From a bacterium (GTDB lineage: Bacteria; UBA10199; 2-02-FULL-50-16; JAJFLM01), in NCBI GenBank assembly GCA_965216315.1, contig CBDCFN010000016.1, positions 352,001 through 416,000 on the forward strand: a DNA stretch of 64,000 nucleotides, read 5' to 3'. The position numbers and the translations under genes are program-made. The notes under the pieces are model-generated. The model did not search any database. It had not been told where the DNA came from and saw nothing but the letters and a program-made list of their open reading frames with translations. Positions within the stretch are counted from its first letter, which is position 1, and every line of letters begins with the position of its first letter. Shown one piece after another: positions 47,132-58,252 of the stretch.

Positions 47132-48220
47132 TTAGCCTTCTTTTATAACAGCTGAGCCTTTTTGATGCTTTAAGTATTCCAAAAAGAACGCCAAGAATAT
47201 CGCCATAAATGAAGACATAGCGAACGTGCCGATGACAATCAGAGTCCTCCTCGGTCTATGCCTTTTTACTGGAACTCTCGCAGGGTCAATAATTTGAAAG
47301 CTTATATCTTCTCGGGCTTCCTCGATTTTGGCCATTTCATATTGCTGAGTAAGCAATGCATTAATGCTTCCTAATAATTTGTAGTAACCAGTGAGGTATT
47401 CCAGGTAGACCTGTTGAGGGACGTTTTCTACAAGGCGACTTTTGTTGAGTTGTTTTTCTATTTCTTCTCGTTTTTTCTCTAGTGAAGAAAGGATCTGCGG
47501 TGTTGGTGTTTCATTGTCAACTTCGATGTCTATTCTTGGGTCACGATCCGATACATTACGATTTTTATAAAAATGTGAGAGCTCTTTCCCTGTCTCAAGT
47601 AAGCGCATTTTATTTTTTTCTAACTGACCGCTTATGAATATGCGATTTCTTTTAGCCGACGTCAGGTTGTTTGTTGCTAGGAAAGCGGCCAATTCCTCGA
47701 TGTAGGCAGTGACTATTTTTTCTGAAAGTCGTGGGTCTCTGGTTTCCGCGGTTATCGTAATTAACATTGTCTTCTTATTCTCTTTCGCTAATGCAATTCT
47801 CTTTAGTTTCATTACAGCAAGTTCCATGCTTGGGACTTCGTCTTTGGGAACTTTCCATGCCTTTTTCTTGGTGTCCCAGAGATCACTGAAAAGGGTCTGC
47901 TTAAGCTCAAGTTTATTGATCACGTTCTCCGCTAGTGTCCGGCTCTTGAGCACGACCATCAGAGGAGCGCCGGATGTATTGATGCCGAAGCCGCCTAAGA
48001 GGCCGCCAAGTCCGCTTTGGGCGATTAGGGCTGATACGCCAGACCCCTCTTTGCCTCCACCTCCGATGGGCAGAATACCTGCTTCGGCCTGATAGGTCTT
48101 TGGAAGCAAAAGTGCCACTACGATTGAAATGACAGTCGTGACAAATATAATGCCGATTATGGAATTGCGCCTACGCCATAATATGTTCCAGTAATCTAGC
48201 AGACTGAGTTCGTTTTCCAT
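47132..48220 (-). CDS. Wzz/polysaccharide co-polymerase (no kinase domain)
   Basis: ELSLLDYW, TM, PKTY, LKSRTLA, IIDPARVP...PRR, TM. Confidence 0.85.
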   Translation of the reverse strand: MENELSLLDYWNILWRRRNSIIGIIFVTTVISIVVALLLPKTYQAEAGILPIGGGGKEGSGVSALIAQSGLGGLLGGFGINTSGAPLMVVLKSRTLAENVINKLELKQTLFSDLWDTKKKAWKVPKDEVPSMELAVMKLKRIALAKENKKTMLITITAETRDPRLSEKIVTAYIEELAAFLATNNLTSAKRNRIFISGQLEKNKMRLLETGKELSHFYKNRNVSDRDPRIDIEVDNETPTPQILSSLEKKREEIEKQLNKSRLVENVPQQVYLEYLTGYYKLLGSINALLTQQYEMAKIEEAREDISFQIIDPARVPVKRHRPRRTLIVIGTFAMSSFMAIFLAFFLEYLKHQKGSAVIKEG

Positions 48221-48221
48221 A

Positions 48222-49370
48222 TTATTTTGCAATTGCGAGTACAGTAGCGGTGATACCAACAGCCGTACTTGTGATGGTAAGAATAAGCGTTAACAAGGTT
48301 TCCGGCGCCATATACCTTTCCGGGACTATAATCGTGTCGCCAGGATTTATTTGAGTGCCATTTTCAGCTTTAATTTTTTTTCCTAGCGCTGACATTATGT
48401 AAATCTTTTTTTCACTTTTTGCCAATCGTGTTAGGCCGCCAGCCTGCGTCAGATATTCTCGAACTTTATAATAAGGGCTGAAGGCGTAGGGGCCCGGTTG
48501 GAAAACCGCACCAAGAACGAAAACACGCTCTTCAAAGGAAGGAAAGAATACTTCGCTATCCCCTGGCAGGTTTGGCACATTGTAGTCAAATCTTGTGCCT
48601 TCCGTTAATAGATGTGGAATGACAACGATATCGGCGCCGTGGACTCTAAACTGAGACATTGAACTCTTGTCCAAATCGACATCAATAAGCTCTTTATGAC
48701 CATTGACGTAGCGAATCACTTTCGCGGGTGCTTGTTTCGCAACGCCCGGCGCAAAACCGCCGGCCAATTTTAATAGGCGATAGAGCGTCGCTTTCCCCGT
48801 CATTTCATAACTGTCAGGCCGTTTGACGGCACCAGCAATTTGAATCACATTTTTCTTGAGCGGAACGAAGACGACATCATTATCAAGCAGATAGGGGTTT
48901 GCGTCCAGATTCCCCATCATTTTAAACGAAAGCAGGTCGATCCAACGTGTTTTCGATCCCTTACGACGCAATTGAATCCCTCTCATGGCCCCACGTTCCA
49001 GAAGGCCACCGGCCAATTGGACCGCTTCTGAGAGCCTCGTTGAGGCTGGCACTCTGAAGGTACCCGGGTTTTCAACTTCGCCCAGAATATGGACTTGGTA
49101 GGTAGGTCCCTGCAGGAGGTCGGCAGCACTAGGTCGCTGTATTTGCGGGATCTGCGATTGGAACGGGTTCGCCTTATCTTTCCTTGATTTTGATCCAAAA
49201 CTGGTTCCCCCAAGCCTATCATCCCTGGAATCAGGCGAGAAAAATTGACTCGGCATACCGACTGCCGGCGCTTGTCTTCGCTGCGCGAATAGCGAGGCGC
49301 TGGGTAGTAGAAATAAAATGACTAAGAATACACTTATGGGTCGCAATATTTGGACTGGAAGAAATCGCAT
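48222..49370 (-). CDS. SLBB-repeat polysaccharide export protein (Wza/KpsD-like)
   Basis: Three SLBB units (GEVENPG, GAVKRPD, GAVFQPG, each with a downstream AGG), signal peptide, C-terminal helix. Confidence 0.8.
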   Translation of the reverse strand: MRFLPVQILRPISVFLVILFLLPSASLFAQRRQAPAVGMPSQFFSPDSRDDRLGGTSFGSKSRKDKANPFQSQIPQIQRPSAADLLQGPTYQVHILGEVENPGTFRVPASTRLSEAVQLAGGLLERGAMRGIQLRRKGSKTRWIDLLSFKMMGNLDANPYLLDNDVVFVPLKKNVIQIAGAVKRPDSYEMTGKATLYRLLKLAGGFAPGVAKQAPAKVIRYVNGHKELIDVDLDKSSMSQFRVHGADIVVIPHLLTEGTRFDYNVPNLPGDSEVFFPSFEERVFVLGAVFQPGPYAFSPYYKVREYLTQAGGLTRLAKSEKKIYIMSALGKKIKAENGTQINPGDTIIVPERYMAPETLLTLILTITSTAVGITATVLAIAK

Positions 49371-49532
49371 CTTATATATGGACAATAATCTAGTATTTAC
49401 GTCTAAGAAGAGGCGTTTACGTACTTTTCTTAGGGGTTGTTGTCAATGGCCCCATCTGCCCTTTTTCTCTTGCCTATTCGGACATATTCATCCTATAGGT
49501 TCATGCTTCGAACGTTCAATTATTAAACATAT

Positions 49533-50054
49533 ATGGATAAGCTCAGCGACAAGGAATTGCAGGTGTTGGATCGGGTTGGTCGCAACTCGTCAATATCTCA
49601 ACGGGAATTGGCCCGAGATACGGGAATTTCACTGGGGTTGATTAACGTCATTCTCAAGAAGTTCTTGCAGGTTGGGTATTTACAGGTCTCTCGGCTTAAT
49701 AAGAGAAAGTTGGAATATGTCCTCACGCCGGCCGGCTTTTTAGCGATGGCCCGACGAACCTACAATTATGCAACGAGGACTATTCGGAATTATCAATCGC
49801 TGCATTCTCAAATTGCAGCGCTCCTGAGTGAGCTGTGCAAATCTGGTTATGATTATTTTTCCATTCACGGCGATGGGGAACTTCGTGAGATGATCGAAGT
49901 CATTGCCCCTGGAATTCTTTCCGAGGGTCTCGCCAGTTTAGGTTCCGAGCACCGCGACGGACCGAATGCAGTCGTATTAAATATTACAGCTGAACCCATA
50001 GTGCCCGAGTTCAACGGATCTGTGGTCAGTGTTTTGGAGCGCATCGAGCAATGA
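49533..50054 (+). CDS. EPS-associated MarR-type winged-helix regulator
   Basis: SQRELARDTGISLGLIN, YVLTPAG. Confidence 0.85.
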   Translation: MDKLSDKELQVLDRVGRNSSISQRELARDTGISLGLINVILKKFLQVGYLQVSRLNKRKLEYVLTPAGFLAMARRTYNYATRTIRNYQSLHSQIAALLSELCKSGYDYFSIHGDGELREMIEVIAPGILSEGLASLGSEHRDGPNAVVLNITAEPIVPEFNGSVVSVLERIEQ

Positions 50055-50527
50055 CTTATTGGTACGTCATAAAAACAAAGCCGAAGCAGGAGAAGGCGGT
50101 GTTTGGCCAATTATCAAAGGCCGGTTACGAGATTTTTTTGCCCCAGATTGAAGGAGTTCATGCGCCTAAACCTCTGTTCCCGTCGTATTTATTTATCTCT
50201 GCAAGGCTCGAGAACGCTGAAGAGTATAGATTGGTAAAATATACCCGTGGTGTGAACTGTGTGTTGGGAGATTCAGAGGGTCCATCTCCTATTTCAACTT
50301 TAGTTGTTGATGAGCTGAAATGCAGAACACGCGATGGTCAGATAGTATCACCGGAATTGCTTTTTCAAGCAGGTGACACGGTTAGAGTCAGGCGCGGTTT
50401 GCTCAAAGATCTCATTGGGATGATAGAGCGACATTATCCGGAAGAGAAGCGTGTACAGATTTTATTTAAATGGTGGTCGACCAGCATGAGAGCCAAGCTG
50501 AGATATTCGGATCTCGAGGCTGCTTGA
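50051..50527 (+). CDS. RfaH/NusG-paralogue antiterminator
   Basis: WYVIKTKPKQE, PLFPSYLF, YTRGV, KOW motif GDTVRV. Confidence 0.88.
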   Translation: MTYWYVIKTKPKQEKAVFGQLSKAGYEIFLPQIEGVHAPKPLFPSYLFISARLENAEEYRLVKYTRGVNCVLGDSEGPSPISTLVVDELKCRTRDGQIVSPELLFQAGDTVRVRRGLLKDLIGMIERHYPEEKRVQILFKWWSTSMRAKLRYSDLEAA

Positions 50528-50601
50528 GTCATCAGAAATAGTTTATGAGCCCCATTGGGGATAACAGTATAGAATTATTGAAGAATCTGTATCGATTCAA
50601 T

Positions 50602-50613
50602 GGCGGTAGCCTG
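50602..50613 (+). promoter_or_regulatory. ops element GGCGGTAGCCTG
   Basis: Exact match to GGCGGTAGnnTG in the leader between the RfaH-like gene and the sugar operon. Confidence 0.85.
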
Positions 50614-50685
50614 CCCTCTTGCCATTAGCTCGGAGATGATATTGATGTACGAGAAAACGCTAAAAGATATACGAGTGGAGGAGAA

Positions 50686-51990
50686 ATGATGAAGACGGCC
50701 GTTGAAAAGTTGCACAGTCGGGAAGCGAAGGTAGCTGTTATTGGTATGGGCTATGTCGGGTTGCCCTTAGCAGTAGAAATTGCAAGTGCTGGGTTTGTGA
50801 CTACGGGAATTGACCTGGTGACAGATAAAATTAAGTCAATCAATGCTGGGGTTAACTATATTAAGGACGTCGACGATGTCACTTTGAGAAATTTAGTGGC
50901 TGACGGAAAGCTACGAGCGTCTAGCGATTTTTCATTATTAAGTGATTTTGATTATATTGCGATTGCCGTTCCAACTCCTCTAGGGAAAGGGAAAATACCG
51001 GATATTTCATTTGTCGCCTCAGCCGTTGGAGAAGTGAGTCAGCATCTTAGGAAGGGACAAGTCATTATCTTGGAGTCGACAACATATCCGGGCACAACGG
51101 AGGAAGTTGTATTGCCTTTATTGGAGGAATCCGGTCTCAAGGTAGGCGAGGATTTTCATTTAGCTTATTCTCCAGAGCGGGTCGATCCTGGCAATAAGTC
51201 TTACGGTCTTAAGAATACGCCTAAAGTTATTGGGGGAGTCACTCCTAATTGCACCGAAGCGGCGCAGTCACTTTATGCAACATTTGTTGATCACCTTGTA
51301 CCTGTGAGTTCGACGAGAGCAGCAGAGATGGTAAAAATATTAGAGAACACCTTTAGGGCGATCAATATCGGTCTTGCTAATGAAGTAGCTATTATTTGCA
51401 ATCACCTTGATATTGATACATGGGAAGTTATTGATGCAGCGGCTTCAAAGCCTTTTGGCTTCATGCCTTTTTACCCCGGCCCGGGGCTAGGGGGACACTG
51501 TATTCCTGTTGATCCACATTACCTCGTTTGGAAGCTTAAATCGTTAGATTATAATCCACGATTTATTCAGTTGGCAGATGAAGTTAACTCTTCAATGCCC
51601 AAATTGGTTGTCGATAAGATCTCGCATGCCTTAAATTTTGCAGGTAAGCCGCTTAAGGATTCAAAAATTCTCGTATTAGGAGTCGCGTATAAACCAGATG
51701 TAGACGACTACAGAGAATCACCATCATTAGACGTCATACAATTGCTTCAAAAATCTGGAGCTATTGTATCGTATCATGATCCTCATGTGCCAAGCTTGAA
51801 GGTAAGTGGGATTAATCTTGAGTCATGTCCGATTAACGGAACTTTGTCGGATTATGATTGTGTCGTGCTGCTCACGCAGCATTCCGTGTTTAAAATGGAG
51901 GAGATAGTTATGAAGTCCCAGTTATTAGTGGATACGCGCAATGCGACGAGAGATATTAGAGGGCATTCTTCCAAGATTGTTAAATTATAA
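50686..51990 (+). CDS. wbpA: UDP-GlcNAc 6-dehydrogenase (WbpA/WecC family)
   Basis: [34 protein letters not shown]. Confidence 0.85.
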   Translation: MMKTAVEKLHSREAKVAVIGMGYVGLPLAVEIASAGFVTTGIDLVTDKIKSINAGVNYIKDVDDVTLRNLVADGKLRASSDFSLLSDFDYIAIAVPTPLGKGKIPDISFVASAVGEVSQHLRKGQVIILESTTYPGTTEEVVLPLLEESGLKVGEDFHLAYSPERVDPGNKSYGLKNTPKVIGGVTPNCTEAAQSLYATFVDHLVPVSSTRAAEMVKILENTFRAINIGLANEVAIICNHLDIDTWEVIDAAASKPFGFMPFYPGPGLGGHCIPVDPHYLVWKLKSLDYNPRFIQLADEVNSSMPKLVVDKISHALNFAGKPLKDSKILVLGVAYKPDVDDYRESPSLDVIQLLQKSGAIVSYHDPHVPSLKVSGINLESCPINGTLSDYDCVVLLTQHSVFKMEEIVMKSQLLVDTRNATRDIRGHSSKIVKL

Positions 51991-52016
51991 TATTTAGGAA
52001 TGGAGAGGCTAAAAAA

Positions 52017-53648
52017 GTGCCAGATAATAAATCAGTAAAAAAGAACATTGCTGTCGTGGGCGCGGGGTACTGGGGTAAGAACTTGATTCGTAACTTCAGT
52101 GTATTATCGGCTTTAGGGGCTATATGTGATTCCAATAGAGAAAGCTTGGCGGAGTGGAAAAAAAAATATCCGAATTGTGAATTCTTCAGTTCGTTTGATG
52201 AAGTGCTAGAGCAAAAAAATATTGAAGGGGTTGTCATTGCAACACCCGCTGAAACCCATGCAGGCCTTGTTGAAAAAGCTCTAAATGCAAACAAAGATGT
52301 CCTGGTGGAAAAGCCGCTCTGTCTTGATGTTTCTGAAGGAGAGCGCCTTATCGCGCTGGCACGACAGAAAAATCGTATTCTTATGGTTGGACACTTGCTT
52401 TGGTATCACCCTGCTGTGTTGAAGTTGAAAGAACTGTTGAAGTCCGGAGAGCTAGGACGCATCCAGTATATTTATTCAAATCGATTAAACTTGGGAAAAA
52501 TTCGTCGAGAAGAGAATATTCTTTGGTCGTTTGCGCCACATGATCTTTCGGTTATTCTAGGTCTTTTAAATGAGATGCCTGACTCTGTACAGGCACAAGG
52601 AGGGAACTATCTGCATCAACAAATTGCAGATGTAACAGTGAGTATGCTTTCTTTTCCCAGTGGCGTCAAGGCTCACATATTCGTTTCTTGGCTTCATCCC
52701 TTCAAGGAGCAGAAGCTAGTTGTCGTTGGGGACCGCCAAATGGCTGTTTTTAATGATGTGGAGAAGGAGAATAAGCTCTTGCTGTTCCCTCACACGATAG
52801 ATTGGAAAAATCAAATACCTGTGGCTAAGAAAGAAGAAGCGCGGCCAATTCAGATCGACGATTATGAACCATTGCGTGCCGAATGCTCCCATTTTCTCGA
52901 TTGCGTCGCAACTCGTCAGGCCCCGCGGACGGACGGCGAAGAGGGGATACGCGTTCTAAAAGTTCTTCATCAGTGTCAACAAGCGCTTGAGCTTGTGCAG
53001 AGGAGTGGGGATGCACAGTCTTCTTCTCCCGATTATTTTGTTCACGAATCAGCTTGGATTGATGAAGGTGTCGAAATTGGAGCGGGTAGTAAAATATGGC
53101 ATACGAGTCATATCTTAACGGGATCAAAGCTGGGGAAAAAATGTAATGTGGGTCAAAATGTTGTCATTGGGCCCCGCGTTTCGATCGGGGATGGCGTAAA
53201 GATACAGAATAATGTCTCAGTTTATCAGGGCGTGACTCTAGAAGATGGAGTTTTCTGTGGTCCGTCAATGGTCTTTACGAACATTATGAACCCAAGAAGT
53301 GAAATACCCCGAATGGATCAGGTGAAACCAACTTTAGTGAAGCGCGGAGCAACACTGGGGGCTAATTCAACGATTGTGTGCGGCGTGACAATTGGTCGAT
53401 ATGCTTTTGTTGGAGCCGGAGCTGTCGTTACTAAAGATATTCCGGACAATGCCTTGGTTATGGGTAACCCGGCGCGTATTACAGGTTGGATGTGTGCGTG
53501 CGGTGTTAAGCTTGATAAAGGCTCAGATGACATTTTTTCTTGTCCAGATTGCAAAGACACATATCAAATAAATAGCGATGGCTTTTTAATGCATTCAGGG
53601 CCCGATGATGTGAGCCTGAGTGAAGATAAAGTCGCAATATCTAACTAA
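52017..53648 (+). CDS. Fusion of Gfo/Idh/MocA oxidoreductase (WbpB-like) and hexapeptide N-acetyltransferase (WbpD-like)
   Basis: GAGYWG, EKP, then [32 protein letters not shown]. Confidence 0.88.
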   Translation: MPDNKSVKKNIAVVGAGYWGKNLIRNFSVLSALGAICDSNRESLAEWKKKYPNCEFFSSFDEVLEQKNIEGVVIATPAETHAGLVEKALNANKDVLVEKPLCLDVSEGERLIALARQKNRILMVGHLLWYHPAVLKLKELLKSGELGRIQYIYSNRLNLGKIRREENILWSFAPHDLSVILGLLNEMPDSVQAQGGNYLHQQIADVTVSMLSFPSGVKAHIFVSWLHPFKEQKLVVVGDRQMAVFNDVEKENKLLLFPHTIDWKNQIPVAKKEEARPIQIDDYEPLRAECSHFLDCVATRQAPRTDGEEGIRVLKVLHQCQQALELVQRSGDAQSSSPDYFVHESAWIDEGVEIGAGSKIWHTSHILTGSKLGKKCNVGQNVVIGPRVSIGDGVKIQNNVSVYQGVTLEDGVFCGPSMVFTNIMNPRSEIPRMDQVKPTLVKRGATLGANSTIVCGVTIGRYAFVGAGAVVTKDIPDNALVMGNPARITGWMCACGVKLDKGSDDIFSCPDCKDTYQINSDGFLMHSGPDDVSLSEDKVAISN

Positions 53649-53670
53649 CTTAACAGAAAACAGGAATAAA

Positions 53671-54810
53671 ATGAAAGTCCCACTTCTTGATTTGAAGGCT
53701 CAGCACGATCCTATCCGTAGTGAGATAAGTGCAGCCATTGAAAAGGTATTAGATAGCAACATTTATATCTTAGGCCCAGAAGTTAAAAGGCTGGAACAGC
53801 GGGTAGCTGATTATAGTGGAGCTCAACACGGTATCGGGGTTTCTTCCGGAACAGATGCCTTGCTAGTAGCATTGATGGCACTAGACTTAGAGCCCGGAGA
53901 TGAAGTTATCACGACAGACTACTCTTTTTTTGCAACTGCGGGTGCCATTGCGCGCGTGGGTGCTAAGCCCGTTTTTGTTGATATTGATCCAGCTACATAT
54001 AATTTGGACCCCAATAAAATTGAAGCGGCGATTACAAGTAAAACCAGAGCGATTATAGTTGTTCATTTGTTCGGCCAGTGTGCGGATATGGCTCCAATCA
54101 TAGAAATTGGTAGGCGCCATAATTTAAAGATTATTGAAGATGCGGCTCAGGCAATTGGTGTTGATTATAGTGATGGGCGTCGCGCGGGGAGTATAGGTGA
54201 TATAGGTTGTTTTTCATTTTTCCCTAGTAAGAACCTAGGTGCGTTGGGCGATGGCGGAATGGTTGTAACGAGCGATGATGCGTTAGCTGAAAAAATGACT
54301 ATTTTAAGGGCTCATGGGGGCAAGCCAAAGTATCATCACAAAATTATTGGGGGCAATTTCCGATTAGACGCCATTCAAGCGGCAGTGTTGAATGTTAAGC
54401 TAGGTGAATTAGACAAGTGGACAAAGCAACGACAGGAAAATGCAGATGCTTATGTGGAGTTATTTAAACAGAGCGATTTATTGGAAAAGACAGAATTACG
54501 TCTTCCAGCTGCAGTGTATGAGCGGTCAGGCCATCAACATCACCATATTTATAATCAGTTCATAATTCGTATTAAAGAGAGAGATGCGCTTAGAGATTTT
54601 TTGAAATCGCATGAAATTGGGTCAGAAGTTTATTACCCGATTCCATTTCATTTGCAGGAATGTTTTCAAGGCCTTGGTTATCATACTGAAGATTTCCCTT
54701 TGTCCCGACAGGCTGCACAGGAGAGTTTAGCCTTGCCTGTGTACCCAGGGCTTACTCGTGACATGCAACAGTATGTCATCGAAGTAATTCACGAATTTTA
54801 CAGAAAATGA
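53671..54810 (+). CDS. DegT/DnrJ/EryC1/StrS aminotransferase (WbpE-like)
   Basis: SSGTDAL, EDAAQA, SFFPSKNLG. Confidence 0.9.
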   Translation: MKVPLLDLKAQHDPIRSEISAAIEKVLDSNIYILGPEVKRLEQRVADYSGAQHGIGVSSGTDALLVALMALDLEPGDEVITTDYSFFATAGAIARVGAKPVFVDIDPATYNLDPNKIEAAITSKTRAIIVVHLFGQCADMAPIIEIGRRHNLKIIEDAAQAIGVDYSDGRRAGSIGDIGCFSFFPSKNLGALGDGGMVVTSDDALAEKMTILRAHGGKPKYHHKIIGGNFRLDAIQAAVLNVKLGELDKWTKQRQENADAYVELFKQSDLLEKTELRLPAAVYERSGHQHHHIYNQFIIRIKERDALRDFLKSHEIGSEVYYPIPFHLQECFQGLGYHTEDFPLSRQAAQESLALPVYPGLTRDMQQYVIEVIHEFYRK

Positions 54811-55952
54811 AGTTAGCTACGATAGTTGGTGCTCGTCCTCAATTTGTAAAAGCGGCGATGGTCTCGCGCGCAATTCGTGAGTATAATGACAACTGTGAGG
54901 CAAGTCTTCGGCTGGAGGAGCTACTGATCCATACAGGTCAGCATTACGACTTTGAAATGAGCCAGGTATTTTTTGATCAACTTGATTTGCCAAGTCCGTA
55001 TATTCACCTCGGTATTGGCTCGGGAACGCACGGAGAGCAGACTGCAAGTATGCTTTCGTCTCTGGAACAGGCACTGATTGAGGCAAGTCCTGATGCTGTC
55101 TTGGTTTACGGGGATACAAACTCGACACTTGCAGGGGCATTGGCGGCCGCAAAGCTTAATATCCCCATAGGGCATGTTGAGGGCGGAATGCGTTCTTTTA
55201 ACCGCAAAATGCCTGAGGAAATCAATCGCGTTTTAACGGACCATGTAGCCAATTGGCATTTTTGTGCGACGCAAACAGCCATTAATAATCTCCTTGCTGA
55301 AGGCGTTAATGAAAATGTTCTGTTGGTTGGTGACGTTATGCTTGAGGCCGTGAATTTGTATCAAACTATAGCCGAAAAGAAATCTAATATACTATCAAGG
55401 CTAGCGCTTTATGATTCGCGAACAGAAAAAGTGAAACCGTTTGGCCTTGTGACGCTTCATAGGGCGGAGAATGTTGATGATGATAAACGTATTGGAAGCA
55501 TTCTAGACGCACTTATAAAAGTTTCGAAAGATATCGAACTAGTATTCACGATTCACCCCAGGACGAGAAAAGCTATGGAAACTCATCGACTAAAAGACAA
55601 CTTAGATGTTGCTGCATCAAGTGGGCGTATTAAGCTGATAGATCCTCTTCCCTATCTGGATATGATCCGTCTAGAGGAAGCCGCGGAGTTGATATTTACT
55701 GATTCAGGCGGTGTTCAAAAAGAGGCCTATTGGCTTGGTACGCCGTGTGTAACCCTGCGTGACGAGACAGAATGGGTTGAAACTGTTGAGAGGGGTTGGA
55801 ACGCAGTTGTTGGAGCGGATTCGGAGAAAATTCTTCTGGCAGCTAGGGTGCGAAAAGGAAGTATGGATCAACCGAAGCATGTTTTAGGTAATGAGCAAGC
55901 ATCTCAGAAAATTATCTTAGCACTCGTATCTCAATTTAGGGAGGCAAAGTGA
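54807..55952 (+). CDS. wecB: Non-hydrolysing UDP-N-acetylhexosamine 2-epimerase (WecB/WbpI)
   Basis: VGARPQFVK, HTGQHYD, GDTNSTL, PEEINR, DSGGVQKEA. Confidence 0.9.
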   Translation: MKLATIVGARPQFVKAAMVSRAIREYNDNCEASLRLEELLIHTGQHYDFEMSQVFFDQLDLPSPYIHLGIGSGTHGEQTASMLSSLEQALIEASPDAVLVYGDTNSTLAGALAAAKLNIPIGHVEGGMRSFNRKMPEEINRVLTDHVANWHFCATQTAINNLLAEGVNENVLLVGDVMLEAVNLYQTIAEKKSNILSRLALYDSRTEKVKPFGLVTLHRAENVDDDKRIGSILDALIKVSKDIELVFTIHPRTRKAMETHRLKDNLDVAASSGRIKLIDPLPYLDMIRLEEAAELIFTDSGGVQKEAYWLGTPCVTLRDETEWVETVERGWNAVVGADSEKILLAARVRKGSMDQPKHVLGNEQASQKIILALVSQFREAK

Positions 55953-57265
55953 GGATTGCAATCATAGGTTCTGGTTATGTGGGGCTTGTCAGTGGAGCGT
56001 GCCTGGCTGAGCTAGGCCATCGAGTGATGTGTGTCGATGTTGATAAGAGTAAAATAGATCTTCTAAATACTGGTGCTTGTCCTATTTATGAGCCCCGGCT
56101 CGAAGATTTACTGAAGGATAATATTGGCAGAGAGCAGATTTCTTTTACGACAGACATGAAAAAGGCCATTGCCGAGGCAGAAGTCGTATTTATCGCGGTT
56201 GGTACGCCCAGCTGTCGTCGGGGAAGCGGTTATGCTGACATGAGATATGTATATGAAGCGGCTCGATCTGTGGCCCCTCATCTTAACGATTACAAGGTGA
56301 TCGTTAATAAGTCGACAGTTCCCGTGGGTTCGGCGCGACAAGTGGAACGGATAATCCGTGAAGTGAATCCAAACGCGACATTTGACGTCGCTTCAAATCC
56401 AGAATTTCTAAGAGAAGGTGCAGCCGTCCATGATTTTATGCATCCAGACCGAGTTGTTATTGGAGTCGAGTCCCAACGAGCACGGGACGTGCTTAAGAGA
56501 GTCTATGAACCACTCTATTTATTGGGGACTCCATGTGTTGTAACTGATCTGGAGACGGCTGAATTGACGAAGTACGCTTCCAACGCTTTCTTGGCGACGA
56601 AGATTAGTTTTATTAACGAAATGGCAAATCTTTGTGAGGCAGTCGGTGCTAATGTTCAGGATGTGGCCAAAGGAATGGGTTTGGATGGAAGAATTGGGCA
56701 GAAGTTTTTGCATGCAGGACCGGGATATGGCGGATCTTGTTTTCCTAAGGACACAATGGCCTTATTAAGGATTGCTCAAGAGAAGAGTGTGCCCTGTAGA
56801 ATTGCTGAAGCGGTCGTAGAAGTTAATAATGCTCAAAAGGCTCGAATGGTAGGCAAAATTCTTCATGCGATGGGCAATAAAACTTCTGGAAAGACGTTAG
56901 CGATATTGGGGCTGACATATAAACCGGAAACGGATGACATGCGTGAGGCTCCCTCATTGACTATTATTCCCGCCCTTATTGATAAGGGTGTAAAGATTAA
57001 AGCACATGATCCTGAAGGAATGAATGAAGCAAAACAGCTGATGCCCGAGGTAGCATACTGCAATGATCCTTATAGTGCTTGTGACAGCGCTGATGCGGTC
57101 TGTCTCTTAACAGAGTGGAATCCGTACCGTGCATTAGATCTGAAGCGCATTAAGGAGTCGATGAAGCAGCCAATTTTTATCGATTTGCGAAATGTCTATA
57201 ACCCTCAATTGATGCGTGAGATGGGCTTTTACTATGAAAGTGTCGGGCGAAATAGCGTTGACTGA
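55949..57265 (+). CDS. ugd: UDP-glucose 6-dehydrogenase
   Basis: GSGYVGL, KSTVPVG, NPEFLREG, GYGGSCFPKD. Confidence 0.93.
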   Translation: MRIAIIGSGYVGLVSGACLAELGHRVMCVDVDKSKIDLLNTGACPIYEPRLEDLLKDNIGREQISFTTDMKKAIAEAEVVFIAVGTPSCRRGSGYADMRYVYEAARSVAPHLNDYKVIVNKSTVPVGSARQVERIIREVNPNATFDVASNPEFLREGAAVHDFMHPDRVVIGVESQRARDVLKRVYEPLYLLGTPCVVTDLETAELTKYASNAFLATKISFINEMANLCEAVGANVQDVAKGMGLDGRIGQKFLHAGPGYGGSCFPKDTMALLRIAQEKSVPCRIAEAVVEVNNAQKARMVGKILHAMGNKTSGKTLAILGLTYKPETDDMREAPSLTIIPALIDKGVKIKAHDPEGMNEAKQLMPEVAYCNDPYSACDSADAVCLLTEWNPYRALDLKRIKESMKQPIFIDLRNVYNPQLMREMGFYYESVGRNSVD

Positions 57266-58241
57266 CCAGACAATACTCGTCACAGGTGCCGCAGGATTCA
57301 TCGGGTTTCATGTCTCCAATGAGTTATTGAAGCAGGGTGTGCGTGTTGTTGGAGTAGATAATTTAAACGATTATTATGATGTGACTTTAAAGGAGGCCAG
57401 GCTCGCTAGATTAAAAGGCTCAGTAGGTTTTGAATTTAATAAATTAGATATTGCTAATTCTGATGATGTTACCGAGCTTTTCTCGAATCATTCATTCACG
57501 GCGGTAGTTCATTTAGCTGCCCAAGCAGGTGTTCGCTATTCTCTCAAGAATCCTCAAGCATACATCGACAGCAATCTAGGCGGGTTTGCAAATATATTAG
57601 AGGCGTGTCGAAACAGTGAAGTGAAGCACCTCGTATTCGCTTCTTCGAGTTCTGTGTATGGTGCGAATGAACGTATGCCGTTTTCGGAGCGTGATAGAAC
57701 TGATTGGCCGATCAGTTTATACGGAGCGACAAAAAAAGCAAATGAAGTAATGGCGCATTCTTATGCCTATCTTTATGGGCTTCCTTGTACAGGGTTGCGA
57801 TTTTTTACGGTCTACGGTCCCTGGGGACGTCCCGATATGGCTTATTTTAAGTTTACAAAGGCGATTTTGGAAAGGCAGCAGATAGACTTATACAATCATG
57901 GCAAGATGAAGCGAGATTTTACTTATGTAGATGATGTAACGGAAGGAGTCGTGCGAGCCCTTAAAAAGGTTCCTCAAAGAGATCACGTCACTAGTGCCCC
58001 CTGTGCAATTTATAATGTAGGAAGCAGTAAGCCCGTTGCGTTGCTTGATTTTGTAAAGTCATTAGAAAAGTTGATTGGTAAGGAGGCTGTAGTGAGAATG
58101 CAGGATAGGCAAGTCGGTGATATGTTGGAGACATATTGTGATGGGGAAGATTTCTTGGCTGCGACGGGTTGGAAGCCGTCAACGTCAATAGATAAAGGTC
58201 TCCAGTACTTCGTGAACTGGTATCGAGAGTATTATAAATAG
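57234..58241 (+). CDS. UDP-glucuronate 4-epimerase
   Basis: TGAAGFIG, HLAAQAGVRYS, YGATK, RFFTVYGPWGRPDMA. Start uncertain (57234 or 57258). Confidence 0.88.
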   Translation: MKVSGEIALTDQTILVTGAAGFIGFHVSNELLKQGVRVVGVDNLNDYYDVTLKEARLARLKGSVGFEFNKLDIANSDDVTELFSNHSFTAVVHLAAQAGVRYSLKNPQAYIDSNLGGFANILEACRNSEVKHLVFASSSSVYGANERMPFSERDRTDWPISLYGATKKANEVMAHSYAYLYGLPCTGLRFFTVYGPWGRPDMAYFKFTKAILERQQIDLYNHGKMKRDFTYVDDVTEGVVRALKKVPQRDHVTSAPCAIYNVGSSKPVALLDFVKSLEKLIGKEAVVRMQDRQVGDMLETYCDGEDFLAATGWKPSTSIDKGLQYFVNWYREYYK

Positions 58242-58252
58242 GGTATGGAGTC

